A stretch of 64,000 nucleotides of DNA from the NCBI RefSeq assembly GCF_032191835.1, contig NC_083243.1, forward strand, positions 175,522,001 through 175,586,000. The letters run 5' to 3'. This document shows positions 37,424 to 49,100 of this stretch, piece after piece. Numbering within the stretch: position 1 is the first letter of the stretch; the number at the start of each line of letters is the position of its first letter. The notes beneath the pieces were generated by a model. The model saw nothing but the letters and a program-made list of their open reading frames with translations. It made no database searches and was not told the origin of the DNA. Position numbers and translations under genes: made by a program. The DNA is from Heteronotia binoei. Taxonomy: Eukaryota.

Positions 37424-38811
37424 ATGGCCTCAGCAGGGCCAGAAGCCTATAGCCTAAGCCTTGAGACAGGAAACCGGTTCCATGCGGGCATCCCATCAGG
37501 GCTGACAGTGCCACCACTCACAGTGAAGCTTCACGAAACCAAGACCTGGTACCTCGCAAAGCAGCAGCTGAAACCCATCTGGCAGCTGGAACGGAATCAT
37601 GTGACCCCTCTCCAACACCGCCACCCAGCCCACTCAGGGACCTCTCTCTCGCGTTCCTGCTTCCTGCGTCCAGACTTGCCATGTCGTGAGGCAGTGCTTC
37701 TGAGCCCTCCTCCATCTCAGCCCCATTCTTTCCCAAACTTTCTTGGAAGTGCCCTGCTCTGTCGACGTTCTTACTTCAGACACAAGCCCTATCGGAGGCT
37801 TGAGTCCATCTGTGTGCAGCCAGGTGCTTTGGAGAAGAAAGCTCTTCGCATCCCACCACCTTTCCTTTGTTCCATTCCTAACAACGTCATGTCATCCTCA
37901 ACCATGGATCCATTTCTGGTGCCAAGTACCCCCAGTGGGCGTTCCAGTCCAGTGTCAAAGGGGTTTACCCTCAACTCAGGGAAGCAGAGCTCCAGTTCCT
38001 ATAGACCAGTGCTAAACAATAACTCTTTTCTGAGGCCAACCAGTGCTAAAGTGCCTTTGCAGCAGCACCATCACCAACCACTACCACCAGAAAATAAGAA
38101 GCTAAAAAGCCTGTCAAGACCGCCAGGGTTCTCTTGGACTCATTCTGGGGGGCATGGAGATTGTTCCATGAATCTAGATAGGAAACTTGGGAGAAGTAAC
38201 GGCCTAACTCTAGAACAAACTGGTGCTAGATCTTGCTTACCTATTCACAACAGCCCAGTCCTCAAAGTAGATCGGTCGTCTTGGCGAGCTGAGGATGGTG
38301 AGAATAGATCGCAGAACCTAAAAGAACAAAATGTTCGGTTGACCGAAGCCATGAGGAAGCTGACTGCTAGTGGTATCCGGAAGATTAGTACCTACAATGA
38401 GTTTGGTCACCGCATTGACAGCTCCTGCCTTATGAATGCAAACTTCCACTCCACTTTGTTCAGCCGGTGGAAACCGCACATTGTAGCACAGATCACCCCA
38501 AAAGAAGTATCAGCTGCTGCCCCTCCAAATCTGGAACATGACGGCCGCCGCCAGAGCCTTACTGGTTCAGAGGGTGCTGAAATCTGCACTAAGCGCATCA
38601 ACGTTCGCTGTCTAGCCTCAGATCCTGAGCCTTCCAACCATACCGCCTCAAGCCCAATTGTCAGTTCTCCATCTGTCAGTAGTACAGAGCAAGTGGTTAA
38701 AACGGAGCTGTCCCCGCGGTCTACTGTCTCTGACGAAGAGACAACAATTTCATCTCTACCGTTCGGCACAGATACCAAATGGGGTCAGCCTACTGCTGTG
38801 AAAGATACTGA
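37424..38811 (+). CDS. TTLL4: TTLL4 coding exon 1 (large, low-complexity N-terminus)
   Basis: 463-aa ORF; acceptor at 37350; donor GA|gtaagt. Confidence 0.95.
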
Positions 38812-40049
38812 GTAAGTACTGTGGTAGGTATGCAGGGGCGGTGGTATGTTTTGTTTTCAAGAATCCCTTATGTCCTGGGCTGGCAGTGATGTGGTACAGA
38901 ACCACTGTAGAGCATGGGTTGTTTTTTTGTAGGGGGGTAGCGCAGAAAGGAGTTAGGTTTGTCTCCGATTGGGCATAACCATTTTGCTTTGGAGACTGGT
39001 CTGTTTGGCAGGTGTGCCACAAGTCGAGACCAAAGTATTAAGCAGGATTACCTAAGTCAGGGGTCCCGAACCTCTGAGCCGTGGACCAGTCCTGGTCCAC
39101 GGCCTGTTAGCAGCCGGGCCGCGTAGCCTCGCTGCCCCCCTCCCCGTGGCGCCTTTGCAATTTTAAGGAGCAGCGAAGTGCCTCCCGCGCTGTTTAAAGG
39201 CCGACACCCCCCCCGGTTGATCAGCTGATTGGTGGGGGAAACTGCAGCAGCAGCAGCGAGGACCCACTGAAAAAGTGGCGCTGCCCTTGCCTCCTTCCCA
39301 CTTCCTTCCTGGGCGTGAGAAGGAAGTGGGGAGGAGGCAAGGGCAGCGCCGCTTTTTCAGCGGGTCGCTCGCCACTGCTGCTGCAGTTTTTCCCACTGAT
39401 CAGCTGATTGGCGGGGGGTGTGTGTCAGCCTTTAAAGAGCCTGGGAGGCACTTCACTGCCCCTTCCCGGGCCTTAAAATTGCGAAAACGGAGGGAGAAGG
39501 AGACACCACTGGGGGGGGGGGAGGCCAAATTCGGTGTACCCACCCTGCCGGCCCTGGGGCCACGGTGGGTGGGCTGGTTCCTGGTGCCAGAAAGGTTGGG
39601 GGCCACTGACCTAAGTGGTAGCTTGCATTTCTCCCTTTTTTGAACATATATGAACATATGAAGCTGCCTTATACTGAATCAGACCCTCAGTCCATCAAAG
39701 TCAGTATTGCCTACTCAGACTGGCAGCGGCTCTCCAGGGTCTCAAGCTGAGGATTTTCACGCCTACTTGCCTGGACCCTTTTTAGTTGGAGATCCCGGGG
39801 ATTGAACCTGGGACCTTCTGCTTCCCAAGCAGATGCTCTACCACTGAGCCACCGTCCCTCCCCTGGCCGCCGCCAGAGCCTTACTTTTCTCTTTATTGCA
39901 TCACTTCAATGCAGTTTTATAAATAGGGCACCCTTTTCCTACACTGTCACTATCCGATAAACATACTGCTTTCAAGTCTTTTTAAAAAGCATGTATGAAA
40001 AGCACGGCTCATCATTCATGAGAGCGTATACAATCTTTCTCGCGTGGAA

Positions 40050-40118
<69 letters not shown>

Positions 40119-43100
40119 TAGAAAATCATGTGCGTAAAGCAAGCCACCCTAAGATAGAGGGATGAATTGGAGTACTTGATATGGTATAGTGTTTAGAGTG
40201 TTGAATTTAAATCTGGGAGATACAGGTTTGAGTTCCCACCCATGAAAGCATGCTTGGTGACCTTGGATCAGTATACATTCTCAGGCTAAACTACACCATA
40301 GGATTGTGAGGATAAAATGGAGGAGAGAATAATAATGTAAGCTGTTATGGGTCCCCATTGGCAAGAGAGGTGGGGGGGGGGGTAAATGAAGCAAATAAAC
40401 GGTGCAGTATTTTTAATTACCTCCCCAAAATGATGGTGTGAAGCATACACAGAAGTTGTTCAATGGGATGTCTCAACTGTTGTGCAGTTAACTACCAGTC
40501 CCAGTGCACATAGATTCCTCTTTGTATCCATCATTGTGAAGGGTTTCAGGAATATATAAGATGCCTACAGTGTTCTGTTTTGTGACTCTAAGCTTTGATT
40601 TTGCAGCTCTACGCTTAACTTGCCCCTGCTGGACCAAGCAGAAGTGGAGGATATAGAAGAAGAACTCCCTGATGGCTTGGAAGACGTCTGCAGTCAGGAT
40701 GAGGAGGGAGAAGAAGATGATGACGAAGGCCAGTAGTATTGTGCCCCCATCACTTTTTGTAAAATACTGAAGTACAGCTAAAAAAGAAGAGAGTTGTCAT
40801 GCACTACCGTCAGCAATTAGAATAATAGAATCATGGAGTTGGAAGGGACCTCTAGGGTCATCTAGTCCAACCCCCTGCACAATGCAGGAAACTCAGAAAC
40901 ACTTCCCCCCTAAATTCACAGGATCTTCATTGCTGTCAGATGGCCATCTAGCCTCTGTTTAAAAACCTCCGAGGAAGGAGAGCCCACCACCTCCCGAGGA
41001 AGCCTGTTCCACTGAGGAATCGCTCTAACAGTCAGGAAGTTCTTCCTGATGTTGAGTCGGAAACTCTTTTGATTTAATTTCAACCCATTGGTTCTGGTCC
41101 TACCTTCCGGGGCCATAGAAAATAATTCCGCACCATCCTCTCTATATGACAGCCCTTCAAATACTTGAAGATGGTGATCATATCACCTTTCAGCCATCTC
41201 CTCTCCAGGCTAAACATCCCCAGCTCCTTCAGCCTTTCCTCATAGGACTTGGTCTCCAGACCCCACACCATCTTCGTCACCCTCCTCTGGACTCGGTCAA
41301 GCTTGTCTATATTCTGCTTAAAATGTGGTGCCCAAAACTGAACACAATACTCCAGGTGAGGTCTTACCAGAGCAGAGTGAAGCGATACCATCACATCACG
41401 TGATCTGGACACTATACTTCTGTGTCCAAAATTGCATTTGCCTTTTTAGCCACTGCATCACTCTGTTGACTCATGTTCAGCATATTATCCACTAAGACCT
41501 CTAGATCCTTTTCGCACATACTACTGCTAAGACAAGTCTCCCCCATCCTATAACCATGCATTGGATTTTTCCTACCTAAATGCAGAACTTTACATTTATC
41601 CCTGTTAAAATTCATTTTATTGATTTTAGCCCAGTTTTCCAGCCTGTCAAGGTCATCCTGTATCCTGTTTCTGTCTTCACAACCCCACCCAATTTAGTAT
41701 CATCTGCAGATTTAATAATCATTCCCTCTATTCATCCAAATCATCGATAAAGATGTTGAACAAAATAGGTCCCAGGACAGATCCTTGAGGCACTCTAATT
41801 GTCATTTCTCTCCAAGAGGATGAGGAACCATTCACAAGCACTCTTTGGGTGCGATCTGTCAACCAGTTACAGATCCACCTAACGGTAACAGAATCCAAAC
41901 CACATTTTACCAACTTGTCAACAAGGATAGTATGGGGAACCTTATCAGAAGCCTTACTGGAAAGATAAACAATGTTATCCAGCAAGGTAGTCACTTTCTC
42001 CAAAAAAGAGATCAGGTTAGTCTGACATGACTTGTTCTTGAGAAAACCATGCTGACTCTTAGTAATCACATCCATTCTTTCTAAATGTTCCAGGATCGAC
42101 TGTTTGATGATTTGTTCTAAAACTTTTCCAGGTATAGATGTCAAGCTGACGGGTCGGTAGTTACTCAGATCCTCTTTTTTCCCCTTCTTGAAGATGGGGA
42201 CAACATTTGCCCTCCTCCAATCTTCCGACATCTCTCCTGTTCACCAAGAATTTTCAAAAATAATAGCCAGAGGCTCAGAAATTACATCCGCAAGCTCTTT
42301 TAGAACCCTTGGATGCAATTCATCTGGCCCTGAGGACTTAGTTTCATTTAAAGAAACCAGGTGTTTATGTACTACCCTATGCTGATCTTAGGTTGGAACT
42401 TCATACCCTCCTTATATGTTCTGTTTTTGCCACGTTGACCACCGTTTCCCTCAGAAGAGAAGACTGAGGAAAAGTAGGAATTGAGCAGCTCCGCCCTCTC
42501 TTCATTAGCCATTACAATTTCACTTCCTTGTCCTTGCAATGGGCCCACCAAGTCCTTGGTCTTTTTCTTACTCTGAACATAAGAAAAGAACCCTTTTTTG
42601 TTGTTTTTAGCATCTTTGGCCAGCCTAAGCTCATACTGAGCTTTAATTTTCCCAACTTTTTCTCTACAAGGACTGGTGATTTGTTTAAAGTCATCCTTGG
42701 TTAAAAGGCCCTCCTTCCAATTTCTAAAGGAGTCTTTTTTATTTCTCAAGTCTTTAGAGAGCTGTTTATGGAGCCACTTTGGCTTCTTTAGGCTTTTTCC
42801 ATTTTTTCTTCTCACAGGAATCGTCTGCGATTGCACTTTCAGTATTTTGCTTTTAAGAAACTCCCACCCCTCCTGAACCCCCTTCCTCCTAAGTATTTCT
42901 GGCCCTGGGATTTTACCCAGCATAGTTCTAAGTTTATCAAAGTTTGCCTTTCTGAAGTCCAACCTATAAGTCTGACTACATATAGCTTTTCCCTTCCCTA
43001 AGACAGTAAATTTCAAAATCACGTGGTCACTACTGCCCAGGGTACCCACTATTTCCACTTCTTCAATCAATTCTTCCTTGTTGGTGAGAATCAAATCCAA

Positions 43101-46100
43101 GATAGCAGATCCCCTTGTTTCCTTCTTCACTTTCTGGAAAAGGAAGTTGTCAGCAAGACAAGTCAGGAATCTATTTGACTTTTCATTTTTAGCAGAGTTG
43201 GACTTCCAACAGATGTCCGGGTAATTGAAATATCGCATGATCACTGTATGCCTTCTCTTGGAGAACTTTGCAATCTGCTGTAGAAGTATGTCATCCAAGT
43301 CCTCTGACTGACTTGGTGGTCTATAGCAGACCCCCACAATAATATCACTGTTATTTCTTACTCCTTTTATTTTTACCCAGAGACTCTCAAGTGAGCTGCC
43401 ATGCTCAGATTCACATATTTCCTCACAAGTATATGCCTCCTTCACATATACTGCTACACCTCCGCCCTTTATCATTTGGCTGTCCCTTTTAAATAAGTTG
43501 TACCCCTGAATCCTAATATTCCAGTTGTGAGTGTCATCCCACCAAGTTTCAGTAAGGCCTATTATGTCATAGTCTCCTTCCTGTATTAGGACTTCCAGTT
43601 CCTCCTGTTTGTTTCCCATACTCTGTGCATTAGTGTAGAGACATCGGAATCTACGTTTTATGCATCCCGAGGGTTTAGTTTCCGTACAAGCCTGCAAGTT
43701 AACATTACCTAGCATATGTGCCACTTTTTGCAAATCTTTAATGTTCTTATCCCCAGTTTCTGGCATCATACGAGGCTTTGAATTATTGTCTCGCTCCCCC
43801 ATACAATGTAGTTTAAAGCCCTCCTTATTAGGTTAACAAGGCTGTTACCAAACACCCCTTTTCCTACTGGCATAAGGTGCAAACCATCTCCCAATAGAAG
43901 AGCACCATCTCAAAAGCGTAGGCCATGGTCCAAAAATCCGAATATTTCCTGACGACACCATCGACATAGCCAGTCATTTATTTGAAGTATTCTTCTTTCT
44001 CATCCTAAGCCACGGCCTTCAACAGGAAGCACTGACGGGAACACAACCTGTGTGCCCAGCTTCTTCACCTTCTGACCCAGAACCACATAGTCTTTTCTAA
44101 TACGTTCAGGGCTATGACGGGCAGTATCGTTCGTTCCCACGTGGATCAACAAGAAAGGATAGTAGTCCGTGGGCTTGATAAGTCTTTCAATCTTTCCTGT
44201 CACATGCTGGGTGCATGCACTCAGCAGACAGCAGACCTCTTGGGATGATAAGTCTGGTTGGCACACTTTGGGCTCCATCCCTCTGAGCAAGGAGTCTCCA
44301 ATCACCACCACCGTCCTCTTCCTATGTTGGGGAGCAGAAGCTCCAGGCTTCTTATCCACAGGATCCTGAGAAACTTTCTTCAAGCTTCGTGGAGGCTGGG
44401 GAAGTAGCCCTTGTTCCAGTGGTTCAGAATCAGTTACTGTGGGGAGATCCTGGAACCTATTGCTGAGCAGCAGGGGCTCAGAACACCTCCTGATTTTCTT
44501 TCTCCTTCAGGTTACATTTTTCCAGGAACCCTCCGGAAAAGCATATTATTAGCTTATTAGCATATTTGTATTTCATGTAACTTTCAAATAAAAATCTAGC
44601 CCAGTAGAAACAAACCCTAATGATTCCTTTTATAGTACTAATGTTGGCATCCACTTGTCATATAGCAACTCATAATGTAACATCAAAAGAGACGGCAGCA
44701 TAATAAAAATGCTGTTACAGCCATAATTACTGCTAGTTTGAATAGGGTAATTTTTACTTAAGTACTTTAAAATTTTGCCCCGTTTGTTTTCGTAATATCT
44801 AATTATGTTAACTGATGTTTAAAAGAGATCAGCTGTTGAATTGTTTTGAATAATAAGGAAAAGCAGTACAGAATTGCAGCAAATAAATAAATCTCTTGCA
44901 TTTTGCAGGTGAATTCTTCTCCAGTATCCAGCCAATATTATTTATTTAGAAGCAGGCTTTTCTGCTTGATGTTGCCTAATTCTCCTTTTCCTCACAACCC
45001 CAATCACATATGGCTTTGGTCCATGCAGGTCCCATAATCTGTGGGGTAAGCTGAGTGCAAAATCGGTCTAGGTTTACCAGATTGCCCAACAGAGTGAGTG
45101 ATTCCCACTCCTAACTCCAGGCCTCTGCTTCACTCTTTACTTTCAATAGCAAACAAAAACCATGGCAAAATTACTAATAATACCACTAAAGATCCATACA
45201 TCCAAAATGGATAGAAAATTCCTATGTAATTCATGCATAACCATATCAAGATACCTACTATATCGGGTGGCCAACGGTAGCTCTCCAGATGTTTTTTGCC
45301 TACAACTCCCATCAGCCCCAGCCAGCATGACCAATGGCTGGGGCTAGGGGAGTTGTAGGCAAAAACATCTGGAAAGCTACTGTTGGCCACCCCTGCACTA
45401 TATAGCAACACAGGTTTCTGAATACATGCAATGGTTTTACAAAATTCCATCAAATATCAAAAACCTAAAATCCACTGATTTCTCATGAGTTGGCACCTGT
45501 TTGTAAAACTTTGCAAATGAGCCACTGACGGGGGGGGGGGGGTGTTGCCCAGGGAACGTGCAGCAGATGCCAAGCAAGAGAGACAACAGAGGGCACAGTT
45601 CAGACTTTATTTTTCCAGAACAGAGTGCAACAGTCTCCCTAGCGCATGCTGGGTGGTCTCGCCATGGGCGGGCCTCCATTCCGAGCGGCGGGCAGAAACA
45701 GCTGAGGAGTGGGGAGGTGGTGGAGTGGCACACGCGGAAGCCTCTGTGTTGGAGTCCCACCTGCAAAACGGAGATAGAGATCAAGAGCACCTGCAGGGGC
45801 AGTGGCTGGAAGAGCGGGCTGCATTGCAGCCCGGCGCCCTCTTATAGGGACAGTCTCTGACCCACCTCCCCACAACGGGGCAGCTGCCATACACACACAC
45901 ACCGTGCCCTGCCAGGGGTTGGGAACGTGGCAGAGGGCAGACCAAGGGAAGGGAGCAGGCGGCAGCACAGGGGAGTGGGGTCAGCAAATACCCCCTGCCG
46001 GAGCCCACTACCTGGTTCAAGTGCCAGAGACGCTCGCACACCGAGCGGTCGAGAGCAAGGGGAGGGGGAGGCTGAGGAGGGGCAGTGGAACTTACCCAGC

Positions 46101-49100
46101 TATGGGCGACAGTTCTCTGTGGAGACCTGGAAACAAGAGTAGTTAGCCCCAGGGGAGAGACCTCTCTCTCCCCCTCGCAAGGCAAAGATACTGTCAAAGC
46201 AACCGCGAGGTGCAAAACCCGTCACCAATGTGCCCTGCCTGTCCCTCACTCTAAGTCCGTATGGCCGGGAGCTCGTTGGCAGAACTCCCGCCATGCACTC
46301 CTTTCCCTAGCAATTGAGTAGTGCAAGGCCAGAGCGGAAGTATTTCTAGGAGGGGGGAGACCGTGATTGGGTGCTGGAGAGGGGGCTTGTCAGCCCGAGG
46401 CGCGAGGGGATTGGCAAGGCAATTATGCCACTCCCTAAGGGGTTTGCGAGCTTCCACGGCGGCGGCAACCTTTGTTTTTGGTTTCAACGTGTGCCTATGA
46501 GGCATGCTGCCATTTTTGCGGCCGTAAAGTTGCGCCTCTAGGGGCTATGTGTCGTGGGCCAAACTGCCCACGAAGCCGCCTGAGCCTGGCTGCACCCCCA
46601 ACTCCACTCCCTTCTCCGCCTGAACGCTGCACTCCTCCTCACTTCTGCCCACGCTCGGGCACAGCCCTCAGGCGGGGCTCCGCTCGGGCAGCCCCCCGCC
46701 CATGTACCTCCCTTCCACTCTGGTGGCGCCGGTCATATGTCAGCGCAAACCCTTCCTGTGCCCACATGCCAGCTCGTCTGCTTCCAAAGGACTTTCCGCC
46801 CCCCTCGATTGCGCTCTAAGAGGATCACCACCTCTCTTTTTCACCAGCAGAAAAGATGGATCAATCCAGTCTATTATCTTGGAATATCATAAAATAAATT
46901 AATGTAATTAATCTGGCCTCAAACTATTCTTCAGTACTTGCTGTCTGACCATTTTTCCGGTGTTTTGCAATAATTACATAAGCAGTGATAACTCGCTTTA
47001 ATACCTCCTCAGTATTGTTGTTAGAAATAATTTTAACATAGCAGAATAAGTATCTTTCTGTTATGAGTTTTCTCTGTGATCAGATCTCCTTGAATAAAGA
47101 TTGGAAGAAGACTGCAGTTTGACTAACATTATATTGTTTAGTAACAATGAACGGCAGCTCTGAGCCTGATATCTTCATTGCTCTGTTTTATTAATTTAAC
47201 CTTCTTAATTGGCTTTTTATCATCCTCATGTTATGTTGCACTGTTCCTTATTCCTAGGATAATGTGTTTAAATAGAAGGTGCACCTTGACTTTTGGGGAT
47301 GGGAGATGATGAATAAAGCATCTGTATAAATAAGTATTTCTTGTTCTCCCAACCTTGCGTCAAAGTTCTGTCTTCATCTTGCATCATACGCAAGGTATTC
47401 CAAGGCTACATTGAAGAGCAGGCAGAGAACAGATTCTCCTCCCTCATCTCTCTTTGGGAGGAAGTCGAATTGAAGTAATTGATAAGAAACTTGTGGTGCC
47501 CTTTATATGTTCTCCCCGTCACACTTGTCTTTGGGCAAGTGTGGGGAGAATATTTAAATGACCCAATGACACCTATTGTGAGAGTGTTTTCCAGAGAATC
47601 CGTACCAATGCTGCCGTTGGGTCATTTTAAATGTTCCTCCAGATGTACAGATACTGCTCCATAGAGAAGCAACGCCCTTTTACGAGAAGAATATATGTGA
47701 CGCATTGTCTAAACTTCCTTTATAAAAACAAAAGGTGGCTGAATTTCTTCATGGAGTCATGGTCCAGAATTTTCTGTCTTAAATGGTCTTTGTCACTACA
47801 GGTGAATCAGATGGTTCGTCCTCAACTGAATTGTCCCCCAGTGGTTCTGTGGCTGCTATATCCAGGTGAGTTTCAGGAATGGTGGAAGTGCTTTGTTATC
47901 ACTGATCAGTGCACTAAAATCCATTGTACACTCTTAACTAAACCAAAATTATGGGTGTATTCACTTGCTGGCGTTTTTAGTGAAGCTCTCCTTCAGTTAA
48001 CAAATAGTTTATGGTTCACTAAATGCGATCCCAGCAAAAAAAATGCACTTATACTGAGAAGCTGGATTTAAAGGCTGCTAGTGGGATGCTTGTTATATTC
48101 TGGGCCAGAGCTTCTGAACTAACGCAAGTGTTATCCATCCCAAGCAGTATTAGTAATTGGCCTTAGGGCCCAACCAAGAATTAAAGTGTACTGTGTATAG
48201 TAGGCAGGGCTTTTTTTGTAGCAGGAACTCATTTGGATATTACACTACACTCCCCTGATGTAGCCAATCCTCCAAGAGTTTGCAGGGTTCTTCTTACAGG
48301 GCCTACTGTAAGCTCTTGGAGGATTGGCTACATCAGGGGGGGTGTAGCTTAATATGCAAAGGAGTTCCTGTTACAAAAAAAAAGCCCTGATTGTAGGAAA
48401 GAGATAGAAAAGGCACTGATGTGTTAGGTGACCGTCTTTGCTCCGTTACTTGTTGCTGTGGTCATATAGCTGGAAGATTGTCTTTTCCCCCTAGGAATTG
48501 CATCGAGGGATTGGTACCACCACTTGAGGGCCAAGAGCGAATTCTCAAGCCAGCTCTTGTATGCAGCCTGTTCCCTAATGTGCCTCCTACCATATACTTT
48601 GGTACCCGAGATGAGAGAGGTAAGGTAGATTTGAATTTATTGCAGGGTGCTGGCAAAATCCGAAGAAACTAGTATATCAAAGGAAGGTTGAGAAGACTTC
48701 ATAGCTTAAAGCAGGAAACGACAGGGTTGGGATAAAGCAGAGAGGTACATATGGTAATGTGGAATGTAGTAAAAGAAAAGAGGGGCCTTCTGACTAATTC
48801 TCTTGTACAATATAGCACACCATTTTTTTTCTTGAAGTCCTCTTGTACAGAACCCAAATTTTCTGGTAAAGCATAAACTAGACATTTTCTATCTGTGGGT
48901 TGAGTCAAATGGGTAAATCCGCAGTTAAGACTCTGGGAGGGATGGTAATTTTTATCAGCCTTCAGCAGCAGGTAGCATGTCTGTCCAACTCTTCCTGTGT
49001 TTTCTGCCCCAGTCCCAGGGAGAAATGATGCCCAGATCAAGCATTCCTTGCTGCAGAGATGGGCTGTCTAGTTAAGAGTGGCGTCATTACTTCTGTTTTA

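Noticed and set aside
44909-44950. Strong acceptor ttttgcag|GTGAATTC resembling the next TTLL4 exon
   Set aside because: In-frame TAG after 13 codons and no good donor; the true exon is at 47802. A poison exon is not excluded.
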